Shown: positions 1 to 9,080 of the stretch, piece after piece | How the letters are laid out: each line of letters begins with the position of its first letter | Position numbering within the stretch: the first letter of the stretch is position 1 | The notes under the pieces: generated by a model | What the model saw: only the letters and a program-made list of their open reading frames with translations | Database searches by the model: none | What the model was told of the DNA's origin: nothing | IMG/VR virus record: IMGVR_UViG_3300021256_000060 | Strand: one strand, 5' to 3' | Length of the DNA: 64,000 nucleotides | DNA from: an uncultured virus (IMG/VR IMGVR_UViG_3300021256_000060) | Lineage: Duplodnaviria; Heunggongvirae; Uroviricota; Caudoviricetes | Made by a program: the position numbers and the translations under genes

Positions 1-72
1 TGCAGGAACTCTCTGTCCGTTATAGGTATCTTTACGACTCTCTACTCCGAAAGTGAATGCTTTAAATTCCAT
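1..72 (-). CDS. 5' end of hypothetical protein (runs off window start)
   Basis: ATG at 72 (MEFKAFTFGVESRKDTYNGQRVPA...) preceded by GAAAGGAAAG; frame open to position 1. Confidence 0.6.
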   Translation of the reverse strand, partial: MEFKAFTFGVESRKDTYNGQRVPA

Positions 73-94
73 TAATCTTATCTTTCCTTTCTCA

Positions 95-490
95 TTATAT
101 AATAGGAGTTCTTTCCATTGTCGGTATTCGTTCCATACCAACTATCATATTATCTAATATCAATCTTAGAATATTCTCATTCTTTTTGATATCTATAGTT
201 AGGGGAGAGATTCTATTGCTCATACCCATCGTTATTAGATATAAAGCATGAGACCTATCCTCTAGATTGATATAATAATAGGTCTTGTTAGGATTATCTT
301 TATCTTCTATAGCCCTATTAATAGAAGCTATGAGAAGAATAAGACGATGCTTCAGATTAAATACCATATTACTCGTGAGAGAACATCTCACTCCCTTAGT
401 ATCTTCATCCAAAACAGTTATTGTTTTTAAACATTCGTCTTTAGTTACATCTAAGTATTTTTCAATCTGGTAATTCCAGTTGGGGATCAT
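95..490 (-). CDS. hypothetical protein
   Basis: 131-aa ORF, ATGA overlap with upstream gene. Confidence 0.7.
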   Translation of the reverse strand: MIPNWNYQIEKYLDVTKDECLKTITVLDEDTKGVRCSLTSNMVFNLKHRLILLIASINRAIEDKDNPNKTYYYINLEDRSHALYLITMGMSNRISPLTIDIKKNENILRLILDNMIVGMERIPTMERTPII

Positions 491-1014
491 GACACTTTCT
501 CCATTAACACTTGGTACGCATGAACTTCATTCTTTATTGCTAACTTTACCACGTCCAGATACGTCTCTAGACCATCAACGTATTCACTAACTTCAGACTT
601 GAGATTATCTAGTTTAGTCATTACATTAGCATTGTGAGGGTGCTTCGTATACACATCAGCATACGTCTCCATAATCTTTTTCTTCAGATCTATATAAGAA
701 TTCAGAAGAATAGAGTATCTATCTGCTATCTTCATCAATACATTACGGAATTCTTTATCCATAATAGATTTGTATAGCAGTAGTTCATCTAGCTGAGTAC
801 CGATCCTCTCTGTACGTGATATTACATTTTTGATAGAAATATTGAACCATAATCTACTATGATCACCGAATATAGGATCCGCTTTGGTTCCCAATTTTCT
901 TAGATAATAATCATGCTTCTTGTTATAAATAACGGATAGCTCTTCTATCCTAGCAGTTAACTCATTATTTCTATCTTGTGCCAGTTTGATAATAGCCTCG
1001 TTAGGTACCATCAT
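487..1014 (-). CDS. hypothetical protein (helical/coiled-coil)
   Basis: 175-aa ORF in tightly packed minus-strand operon. Confidence 0.75.
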   Translation of the reverse strand: MMVPNEAIIKLAQDRNNELTARIEELSVIYNKKHDYYLRKLGTKADPIFGDHSRLWFNISIKNVISRTERIGTQLDELLLYKSIMDKEFRNVLMKIADRYSILLNSYIDLKKKIMETYADVYTKHPHNANVMTKLDNLKSEVSEYVDGLETYLDVVKLAIKNEVHAYQVLMEKVS

Positions 1015-1028
1015 ATATCCCTTCTTCT

Positions 1029-1322
1029 TTATTCTTGGCCACTATATTTGCCGAATCTACCAATAATAGGATCTCGATATATTCCATTCACTTCGTTAGG
1101 AATATCATCAAATACTGCTATATACTTATAGGGTGTTCCTATATCATTCTTATCATTATCCTTATCATTATATGATGCCAGATAAGCGAATGCCACTCTA
1201 GGAGCCACTTCCTCCAAATGTACTATAACAGTATAAGTCATATCACTGGTGAGTTCGTCTAAAAAGCAGAACTCATCTCCGATGTGTAGTTGTAACACAT
1301 CATCAAATGGCCGGTGTATCAT
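1029..1322 (-). CDS. hypothetical protein
   Basis: 97-aa ORF with AGGAG RBS. Confidence 0.7.
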   Translation of the reverse strand: MIHRPFDDVLQLHIGDEFCFLDELTSDMTYTVIVHLEEVAPRVAFAYLASYNDKDNDKNDIGTPYKYIAVFDDIPNEVNGIYRDPIIGRFGKYSGQE

Positions 1323-1337
1323 TGGTCACTATCTCCT

Positions 1338-1673
1338 TTATATTCGTATCCTGTCCTGACAATGGACGTTGTTTAAGAAGTAATACATTGATATCTTATG
1401 GTCTCTAGAATGAGAGAATACTTCTCTACGTTTTCTAAGTCCCAATAGATTATTAATGAACTCATCTACATAGTTCATTATATCAAGCAATGGCTTTCTA
1501 ATGTAAAATACTAACTTTAATCTAGATTTAGATAATCTCAGATTAATCGTTAATCTTCTACTATTGCCATTGTCAATCAAAGCATTCATGATAGTATCTC
1601 TAAGATATAGAGCATTAGCTCTTGTTAGATACTCATCTTCTACTTTGATATTTACTTCTTTCATAGATATCAC
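1338..1673 (-). CDS. hypothetical protein
   Basis: 111-aa ORF coupled to upstream stop. Confidence 0.65.
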   Translation of the reverse strand: MISMKEVNIKVEDEYLTRANALYLRDTIMNALIDNGNSRRLTINLRLSKSRLKLVFYIRKPLLDIMNYVDEFINNLLGLRKRREVFSHSRDHKISMYYFLNNVHCQDRIRI

Positions 1674-2191
1674 CTCAATGCGTGATTTCTCTCATTATAG
1701 TTTGGCATATATTTCTTAATTCCAGACTCAGATGTGATAAATTGTTTCGCCAATACTCTAATAGTAGCACTAATACAATCTAGCGATCTATCATCTTTCT
1801 GATCAAAATAGATTAACTTCGGTTTCTTTAGCCTCGCATCTACTACCCCCAGATAATGAGTAAACTCACTATCGAATATATCCAAAGCTATAATACTATC
1901 AGTAATGAAGTGTGGGTTTATTACACTAGGATCAATACCCCTACTCTTCTTTACTAAAGCATAGAAGTCAAAAGTCATTAGGAACTGCTTCGCTAATGCC
2001 TTTTTCATCTTACGTACATTCGAGCTCAATATCTTGCAAAGCATTTCTTCCCCAAGATGCTCTACATCTGATGGAGCCATAGATTGTTCGATAACTAAGT
2101 CTCCTAGAGTTGCTTTTCTGAAGTAGCAACCACTATCTTTATTGTACTCGAACTTGTAGAAAGATAATAACTTCTTTTTATTTTCAGTCAT
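1670..2191 (-). CDS. hypothetical protein
   Basis: 173-aa ORF, AAGGGG RBS. Confidence 0.75.
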   Translation of the reverse strand: MTENKKKLLSFYKFEYNKDSGCYFRKATLGDLVIEQSMAPSDVEHLGEEMLCKILSSNVRKMKKALAKQFLMTFDFYALVKKSRGIDPSVINPHFITDSIIALDIFDSEFTHYLGVVDARLKKPKLIYFDQKDDRSLDCISATIRVLAKQFITSESGIKKYMPNYNERNHALR

Positions 2192-2208
2192 GATGCATAA
2201 CCCCTTAA

Positions 2209-2724
2209 TTATACCTCAATCTCTATCAATCCCCTGTTATTAATAAACGGTTTTTCGCTAGCACTTAATAGATGAATGTAAGTAATATCATCTATCTTTT
2301 TAAATTCCCCAGTGTAGATGATATTCTTAGGATATCCATTACGGTAATCTACCGTCATCAAGTCGATAGTCTTATCTTTTGGATTGTAGTCATATGATAC
2401 TACATTACCAATATTAACCACTCTAAACCGATTAGCACCATAATTAGTTCTTTCGATAAGCTTACCAGTATTTATACAAGACCTTATGATATTCTTCATA
2501 ACGATAGAATCATCATTCTCTTTCTTCTTGATATATCTATCAATATTTGGTTTAGGAATCTTGTCATAAATAGACGTCTCTTCTAAAGACATAGTGTCTT
2601 TATTAATTTTTCTCTTATAGCCCTTCCCATCAGTCATATGTCTGAACCGAAGGTCAATACCGTCTATTTTGGTAATGGGAGTAACTTTACACATATTGAA
2701 AATCCTTTCTCTAATAATACACAC
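2209..2724 (-). CDS. hypothetical protein (start probably ATG at 2694)
   Basis: ORF track; AAAGGA RBS precedes MCKVTP. Confidence 0.7.
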   Translation of the reverse strand: MCIIRERIFNMCKVTPITKIDGIDLRFRHMTDGKGYKRKINKDTMSLEETSIYDKIPKPNIDRYIKKKENDDSIVMKNIIRSCINTGKLIERTNYGANRFRVVNIGNVVSYDYNPKDKTIDLMTVDYRNGYPKNIIYTGEFKKIDDITYIHLLSASEKPFINNRGLIEIEV

Positions 2725-2748
2725 ACAATCCTTTTAATATTGGTCTTC

Positions 2749-2871
2749 TTATTCTCTCTTCCTCTTATTTGGCTTAGAATAGAAAACCCAATGGAATATT
2801 ATACTTAGTATAATCACGCATAAAATAGAACTTACAATATTTCCTATTAGTATCAAGTCATCAAGCGCTAT
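2749..2871 (-). CDS. putative 40-aa membrane peptide with ATA at the start position
   Basis: First frame after early promoter 2917-2933; AAAGGAGGT RBS then ATA GCG CTT GAT; one hydrophobic helix plus basic tail KPNKRKRE. Confidence 0.45.
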   Translation of the reverse strand: MALDDLILIGNIVSSILCVIILSIIFHWVFYSKPNKRKRE

Positions 2872-2916
2872 TGTTATTACCTCCTTTCTATATAGAATAT
2901 GTGGCTATCCCCATAC

Positions 2917-2933
2917 CATTATTATAGTATATA
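2917..2933 (-). promoter_or_regulatory. phage early promoter motif RTATAYTATA-N3-RTG (1 of 13)
   Basis: Other copies, all minus and intergenic: 9010, 13079, 14229, 21877, 23484, 32082, 33761, 43507, 43673, 44672, 45146, 46807 (each 17 nt; 14229 has one mismatch). Confidence 0.8.
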
Positions 2934-2966
2934 ATAAAGTATAAGTTTAGCCACATACCCACACTA

Positions 2967-3202
2967 TTATCCTACATTCTTATACTTAGCCTTCAAAACC
3001 TTGATTCTGTCTATCTGATTCTGATTATAACGACGTCTACCCATATGAATAAAGGATTCCAGATTAATTACAGTATCCTTAAACACATTTACGTCATTAT
3101 TAAACAGACCATCATTACGAGAGATACAGAATGCATTTCTCGGAGAGTAAACAGCTTCACATGCATTATCAAAGGCCTTATTGAGAAGCAACTTAATATT
3201 TA
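2967..3202 (-). CDS. non-virion RNA polymerase beta'-N subunit, exon 2
   Basis: After splicing reads ...DYDGDC-LNIKLLLNKAF...SPRNAFCISRNDGLFNND; resembles, from recall, the region after DYDGD in AR9 nvRNAP beta'-N. Confidence 0.85.
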
Positions 3203-3742
3203 ATATGAATAGGTAGAGACCATGATATTATCTCATCTCTTTCCCCTCATTCGAACGCAGCAAGCGACTTTCATCGCACTACGCTTTCCATCGAGTATTA
3301 TCCCGACTAGAGACCATTCCTCCATTCCCGTTACAGGAACTTCTTAGGTTCGATCTCCGCTTTTCAGCATAGGTTAAGATGCTTATCTCCATATGGTTTC
3401 GCCATCAATCTAAATCGACCTATACCTTTCTTTCGTTCAGATAGACCTATCATTACATACATACCCTTAGGTGCCTACTTTATCTATATATACCTAGATA
3501 GTACCTATAATACTATATGGGTGTTCTCAACTGCCACCTTACTAACCCACAATACATATAGATTTTAATAGTAGATTCGTGTCCCTCACCATAGATATCT
3601 TATTGACTCCCGGTTTGTTCAACCGACTTTACCGAGCTACTAACCCTGATCTTTACAATCAACGCTAGTCGGAGATTAGAGGAGATACTTCTAGGCGTTA
3701 CCCTATCATTTTATCTCTCGGTCTACCCACACAAAATCGCAC
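3203..3742 (-). mobile_element. ORF-less group II intron (540 nt)
   Basis: 5' GUGCG; D1 closing GGGUAGACC/GGUCUAUCU; D3-like GAAGUUCCUGUAACGGGAAUGGAG; D4 reduced to small hairpin; 34-nt D5 AAGCGUAGUGCGAUGAAAGUCGCUUGCUGCGUUC (3253-3286); D6 ending AU; removal restores the reading frame. Confidence 0.92.
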
Positions 3743-5096
3743 GGCAATCCCCATCATAATCAGCCGCCAATCCGCTAAGGACGAACTGGTCCAACGAAAG
3801 GACCGCACTGTCTGTATTGACTCCGACTACCCTCTTCCATACGATAGATTCGTAATGAATAGTAGGATTGCGGTTAATCAATACATGGATTTTATCCATC
3901 TTAATCAGGTTATTGAGAATATCTAATACCCTCTGATCAAGCTGCAATGTAGCATAGTACCACTTCTTATATGCCTCTGCATATGTGATATTATAACTAC
4001 TCTGTATGATATTGATCAATACTTGTTCTAAGAGCAATACGAGACCAGTATATGGTAACATAACCTCGTCTGATCTCAATCGACTATCCGGTACAATGAT
4101 GCTTCTCTCAGAGAATGCAGTACGTCCAGATATAGTAGAACGCATGATTCCTCTCTTATCTGCTAAAATGCGGATAATCTCATCAGAGAGTTCACTCAAC
4201 TTAACCTGCATATCCCATAGAATCTGATTCTGCAGTTTGGGATTCCTATAGATAGAGAGAGTATCATTATTGAGTTGAGCTCCTAATGATGCTAAGATAT
4301 TAAAGGTAGCATTAGTCTTCTCGAAAGTAAACCGTTTACCTTCTACCTTAGCAATACGAAGCTGAGTAGTATAGATAGGGATAGAATGAGAGAATACGCA
4401 ATCTCTATGCTGCATAATGAGATCATATACATCTTTCTTATTCTTTCTCTTCTTTAAGAAGTATGCTAGTATCTCATCAAACTTCTCATAAAAACCCATC
4501 ATACCAAGGCTCTCATATTTAGAGTCTAATTTACTCTTCTTCTTATATCTACGAGCATTCTTTCTCTTAAAGATTTTTCTATCATATGAACTCATGGGTT
4601 TACCATCAGCATCGAGTTCGATAGCTGGTTCTAATATAGACTCCAAGTTATCTTTTCCGATGATGGAGATGAGTTCTACATAGATAGCAGGATTGATTAT
4701 ATGATATTGATCCTTTAAGTGGATATACCCAAAGTAGGTGAAGTCATCACCTACTAATTTAGCGGGAGTTCCACAATAAGGACAGTAGAAGTTAGGATGG
4801 TCCATCACAGAATTAAATGCTCCTTGCAGATAACCACAAGCACATTTGTATCTATGAGAGAATGCTGCTTCATCTCCAAGCTGTCTGCCAAACTTAGTAG
4901 AGAAGATAGAGGTATCACTCTTCAAGGATTTTTGAAGAGGTTGCTTTGAATCGATAATGAATGCTTGCCCAACACTCATATCTTTCTCAAACTCATTATC
5001 AAGATTGAGTATAGACAGTTTAACGAAATAATCATATTCATTATCTCTAGGATAATGAATATTAAGCTTCACGTCTTTCAGGCTATTCTCATCCAT
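3743..5096 (-). CDS. non-virion RNA polymerase beta'-N subunit, exon 1
   Basis: Zn-binding CACG/CPYCG, beta' motifs GIMRSTISGRTAFSERSIIVP and INRNPTIH, catalytic AADYDGD; split beta' typical of AR9/phiKZ-like phages. Confidence 0.92.
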
Positions 5097-5098
5097 AA

Positions 5099-5356
5099 TT
5101 AATCCTCTCTAATAACCCAGTCATTAGCCAGCATATCAGCTTGAGAAGCCAACCAACCAAGCTGTACTCCTCTAGTACCTACGAAAGCTATAGCCTGATT
5201 ACCGATATCCTTATGATCAGTATTGACAATCTCACCACGAGCATTCATGTAAGAGATATTAGTGGCGAGTTCAATGTACTGATCTTTACCATTCCATCCC
5301 ATACGGGATACTCTCTTTCCTTCCTTCATTGCATTGATAGCTTCACCAAAATTCAT
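5099..5356 (-). CDS. tad2: DUF2829 / Tad2-family anti-defence sponge protein
   Basis: MNFGEAI.AMK.GKRV.R.GWNGK...WLASQADMLANDW signature. Confidence 0.85.
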   Translation of the reverse strand: MNFGEAINAMKEGKRVSRMGWNGKDQYIELATNISYMNARGEIVNTDHKDIGNQAIAFVGTRGVQLGWLASQADMLANDWVIRED

Positions 5357-5730
5357 TTTTTATCCTCCTCTAATTTACTTAGCTCTTCTTTAAGATAATA
5401 CTTACGATTAGACCAACATACGTGATTAATTAGATCAACCAATCCACTACGTGCCATGTCTTTATTATAACGGTAAACACAATTTATGAGATTTCCTAAA
5501 GTACACCGCACATCAGCTTTGTTAGTATAATCTATTTCGCTAGCACCCGATAAGTCATTATCTATAGGGAACTTAACGAACATATCCAAATGATTAGTCA
5601 TTAATTCTATAAACGAATATGCTATCGCATAATCACTTTCTCTAGGTATATCAGTACTAGCATAGATATTCTCATAAGCATCTAGATCCTTAAATAATAC
5701 CTGTCTTATGTCTTCAACAGTACCCTTCAC
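5353..5730 (-). CDS. hypothetical protein
   Basis: 125-aa ORF, GAGGAG RBS. Confidence 0.7.
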   Translation of the reverse strand: MKGTVEDIRQVLFKDLDAYENIYASTDIPRESDYAIAYSFIELMTNHLDMFVKFPIDNDLSGASEIDYTNKADVRCTLGNLINCVYRYNKDMARSGLVDLINHVCWSNRKYYLKEELSKLEEDKK

Positions 5731-5748
5731 AATATTCTCCTCTCTTAA

Positions 5749-6033
5749 TTATAATTCTGAGTCTTTGACTGTATAATTCTCCCACTTCTTATACACGTCA
5801 ACATAAGTCTGTTTGCGATCACCATCATGAGTAATTTCATAATACATACCATCGCTCACTTCAGTAGACACTAATGCTTTCCAGTTCTGAAGAGTTTTGC
5901 AGAACCAGACTATGAATACATTATCTTTTGTGATAATGAAGTCATCAGTCACGTCTCTATGAGCATTAAAGTAGTCTACTACTATCTGCTTAGCAGTATC
6001 CATCATCTCATCATTCCTAGTCATAATTCTCAC
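5749..6033 (-). CDS. DUF6275-like small phage protein (start likely ATG 6024)
   Basis: VFIVWFCKTLQNWKALVST...DGMYYEITHDGD..QTYVDVYKKWEN signature. Confidence 0.75.
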   Translation of the reverse strand: MRIMTRNDEMMDTAKQIVVDYFNAHRDVTDDFIITKDNVFIVWFCKTLQNWKALVSTEVSDGMYYEITHDGDRKQTYVDVYKKWENYTVKDSEL

Positions 6034-6042
6034 CTCCTTTCG

Positions 6043-6723
6043 TTAGTCAGGCATTACGTTATCGGACCAGCAATATCCGTATAACTCTTGCACCTTATCT
6101 TCTTCCTCATAGTATGTCTGATCGTATACCTTTTCTCCTCGCTCGTATATAGTATGACCTACGAGGTTAGGCATTTCGTCAGCGTATTTATGATCTATTC
6201 TCATATTGGGATTATCTTTTGCTAACTTCTCCATTACTGGAGCTGGAGCAGCCCATGCTGTATTAAAAGCAATGGTATTATCATCTACTTTATACTGATC
6301 ATACGCATCCCACTTAGTACCCCAGTTGGATATTCTCCAATCATACCAATCTGGGAATTCATATTTCTTTTCATTCTCAAAAGATTGTTTGGCAGTTTTG
6401 AGATCAACTGTTCCATCATCAATGAGTTTCTGGGCTGCTTCCTCATGAGCTAATTTGTTTTCTTTATCACCAGCCCATACGTGAATACTTCGATATTCAT
6501 AATCTGTTAGAGTTTCTCCTTTCTTCATCATTCGGTATATATCTCTAGATAATAGTGTTCGACTACCACTAACAATATCCAACTCTTCCGGCATAGGGAT
6601 GACCTTATTAAAGGAGATATATTGATTCTCCTTTTCTCCATGAATCTCTTGTAGTAATTCACTTACAGTCTTCCCCTCATCAAGCTGTTCAAACTTGACA
6701 ACGTTTCTTACATGATTTGGCAT
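6043..6723 (-). CDS. DUF1281/YubB ferredoxin-like family protein
   Basis: MPNHV.N, F.KVIPMPEEL, WYDWR..NWGTKWDA, FNTAWAAP motifs. Confidence 0.8.
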   Translation of the reverse strand: MPNHVRNVVKFEQLDEGKTVSELLQEIHGEKENQYISFNKVIPMPEELDIVSGSRTLLSRDIYRMMKKGETLTDYEYRSIHVWAGDKENKLAHEEAAQKLIDDGTVDLKTAKQSFENEKKYEFPDWYDWRISNWGTKWDAYDQYKVDDNTIAFNTAWAAPAPVMEKLAKDNPNMRIDHKYADEMPNLVGHTIYERGEKVYDQTYYEEEDKVQELYGYCWSDNVMPD

Positions 6724-6854
6724 AATTTTGTCCTCCTCTTTCTAGTTACATATGAAGTTATTGAAAAAATAAAAAATGATGCTTACAGGCTTGAATTAGG
6801 AATGTATGGAGAACCCCATTAAAGAGGTTCTCCTTTACACACCATTAAACATCA

Positions 6855-7295
6855 TTAATTATTCTTAATACTACTTGCTACTGCTCTTTCCAGATTATTG
6901 ATTTTTGAATCTAGATCATTTGCAGCATCTTCTACTTTCTGGCATCTAGCAGACAATGACTCTTGGAGATCATACAGCGCCTTCTGGAGATACTTAAGAG
7001 CTATAAGTACTACCTTACCTTTAATATCAGCAGAATGCAGACTAGTATCAGAGAGTGCATCCTTTATCCTCTTACTCAAAACTTTTCGATCATCATTAGA
7101 GAGATCGAATAAATTCGATATAAATGAGCTAATACCACCAACAGTTATATCTCTGTATGTTTCCATGAATGATTTGGCATAATCATCCTTTAGTACATTG
7201 AATGTTCTAGCTGCTTTAAGAGTGTTATCATAGATATCCAGCTGAGTACATACGATATTAACGATATCGTCTTGATTCAGATATTCGATTCTCAT
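6855..7295 (-). CDS. hypothetical helical protein
   Basis: 146-aa ORF, AAGGAGG RBS. Confidence 0.75.
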   Translation of the reverse strand: MRIEYLNQDDIVNIVCTQLDIYDNTLKAARTFNVLKDDYAKSFMETYRDITVGGISSFISNLFDLSNDDRKVLSKRIKDALSDTSLHSADIKGKVVLIALKYLQKALYDLQESLSARCQKVEDAANDLDSKINNLERAVASSIKNN

Positions 7296-7313
7296 TTATT
7301 ATCCTCCTTCTAA

Positions 7314-7733
7314 TTAGTGGTTCATGCATTGCTGTCCAATCATGATAGCCTTCTTCTCTCGAACAGCCTTAACCCTTTCATCCAGAGCTTCAGATTCCAT
7401 ATTAAGCAAATCAATATACAGATTCTGAATGAATCTGATAAGATCATCCATACCGATCTTCCCAGAGGTGAAGTCAGAGACTTTGACATCAAGATCTTCT
7501 CTCATCTCAGAATATTCTTTCTTAGAATTCGTATTTATTCCTAAGATGAGTGTTACCTGATTACAAATATTATCATGAGTCAAACCGAGCAGCATTTCCT
7601 TTATTGCAGGTTTGATATCATCTTTGAACCCGTCATCACTCATTAGCTCATCATCTAGTCTCTGCTTAAGACTGAATACAGTCTGTTTTACAAGTCCTAT
7701 CAACGCATACATATCGATATTTTCTACGTTCAT
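7314..7733 (-). CDS. hypothetical helical protein
   Basis: 139-aa ORF, AAGGAGG RBS. Confidence 0.75.
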   Translation of the reverse strand: MNVENIDMYALIGLVKQTVFSLKQRLDDELMSDDGFKDDIKPAIKEMLLGLTHDNICNQVTLILGINTNSKKEYSEMREDLDVKVSDFTSGKIGMDDLIRFIQNLYIDLLNMESEALDERVKAVREKKAIMIGQQCMNH

Positions 7734-7736
7734 TAC

Positions 7737-8096
7737 TTATTCCTCCTTTAATTTATCAATCACTTCTTGCATGTGCTTGATTCTATATTCATAGTATTTC
7801 TTGACTTCTATGATATCATTGATATAAATCGATTTTATTTTCTTTAATCCCTCATCCACCGAGATCTTCTCACTCAGTATGTCGGCTGAGAGTCTACTAT
7901 ATGTACTGCAATCATCGATAGTAAACACCAGATCACTAATAGCACTTGGACAACTTGCTATAAACTCAAGAGCTTCTTCTGATTTGGGATCTAATTTCTT
8001 ATATTCTTCTATACCTTTTATCAGCTCTTCTCTACTCTTTGCTAAGATCCCTTCTATATCATAATCTTCTATGTTTCTCTCTGCTTCATCACACAT
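7737..8096 (-). CDS. hypothetical helical protein
   Basis: 119-aa ORF, AAGGAGG RBS. Confidence 0.75.
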   Translation of the reverse strand: MCDEAERNIEDYDIEGILAKSREELIKGIEEYKKLDPKSEEALEFIASCPSAISDLVFTIDDCSTYSRLSADILSEKISVDEGLKKIKSIYINDIIEVKKYYEYRIKHMQEVIDKLKEE

Positions 8097-8112
8097 ACTA
8101 TTCCTCCTTTAA

Positions 8113-8496
8113 TTATTCCTTGCTTTTGTTGCAAAAATCTCCTAGAGGATCATTGTTATCGTACTCAAACGTACATATTTTCAGATGAACATTCATCTCC
8201 GGAAATTTTAATACAAAGGCCTTATGAAGATTATATACAAACTCTAATGTGGATACTCCTCCTTTCTCTTTAATACTGAACTGGAATATCCCAGAGTAAT
8301 ATAATCTTTCATTAGCGGTTTTCATACCTCTATAGGTACTTATTCCCAATCTTTTCATAAGAGCTTTAAAGTTTACTTTTCCATTACAACATCCAGTGTC
8401 TTTATCTTCTGGTATTATTAATGGATATATTTTTTCATCTATTTCCTCGTCCTCATCAGGAATGAACTCGATCTCTACGTCATATTCCTTATACAT
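8113..8496 (-). CDS. hypothetical protein
   Basis: 127-aa ORF, GAGGGAG RBS. Confidence 0.75.
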   Translation of the reverse strand: MYKEYDVEIEFIPDEDEEIDEKIYPLIIPEDKDTGCCNGKVNFKALMKRLGISTYRGMKTANERLYYSGIFQFSIKEKGGVSTLEFVYNLHKAFVLKFPEMNVHLKICTFEYDNNDPLGDFCNKSKE

Positions 8497-8510
8497 TTTT
8501 ACTCCCTCTA

Positions 8511-8990
8511 TTATTTCTCTACATACACTGGCTCTGGAGTCCCCTCAGTGAATAGACTATCTACCCAATCATGCATGTATACATCATCTACATCACCAAA
8601 GGCATATAATACAAATCTTCTATTGATATCTAGAATCATCTCATATGACTTTGTCGGTCTCTCCAATTCGCTCAGCTCATCAAACACATTGGCAGGAAAT
8701 TCGCCCTCATTTATATATTGAGCAAAATCATCAAACAATAATACTATTGGAGTTAGCATACTAGAGTCAAAATGGTCTACTAGCCAATGCATCTGATAGT
8801 TTATTGTTTCATTAGTACTTATATCCTCTCCTTCCTCTAATAATATCTGAATCTTATTCAAGTATTCATTCATATCATCCATCATTTCTGGATATACTTC
8901 CAGAGCACAGATTACTATTGGTTTACAAGGTTCATTTGGGTTAAAGATTTGGATTGTACTCTTTCCCCATCTAGTAGTATTACTCAACAT
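8511..8990 (-). CDS. hypothetical acidic protein
   Basis: 159-aa ORF directly downstream of early promoter 9010-9026. Confidence 0.75.
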   Translation of the reverse strand: MLSNTTRWGKSTIQIFNPNEPCKPIVICALEVYPEMMDDMNEYLNKIQILLEEGEDISTNETINYQMHWLVDHFDSSMLTPIVLLFDDFAQYINEGEFPANVFDELSELERPTKSYEMILDINRRFVLYAFGDVDDVYMHDWVDSLFTEGTPEPVYVEK

Positions 8991-9045
8991 ATATAAACAA
9001 CTCCCCTACCACTACTATAGTATATAACTGAAAGCTAATACGAGC

Positions 9046-9058
9046 GACATCGACATAA
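9046..9058 (+). promoter_or_regulatory. phage late promoter motif GACAT-N5-TAR (1 of 7)
   Basis: Other copies: 13481-13493(+), 19640-19652(-), 19721-19733(+), 38447-38459(-), 38506-38518(+), 49065-49077(-); most precede structural or virion-RNAP genes. Confidence 0.8.
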
Positions 9059-9080
9059 ATTGAAAAAGGAGGAATCAATA

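Noticed and set aside
3723..3742. ORF-track C-terminus RAILCG* of the RNAP subunit, and separate 74-aa gene at 2967-3191
   Set aside because: RAILCG is read-through into the intron (begins at GTGCG); the 74-aa ORF lacks an RBS and is exon 2
3203..3742. Group I intron or intein, as in AR9 RNAP genes
   Set aside because: Stop codon in frame, no terminal G or homing endonuclease; GUGCG...AY ends and D5 are diagnostic of group II
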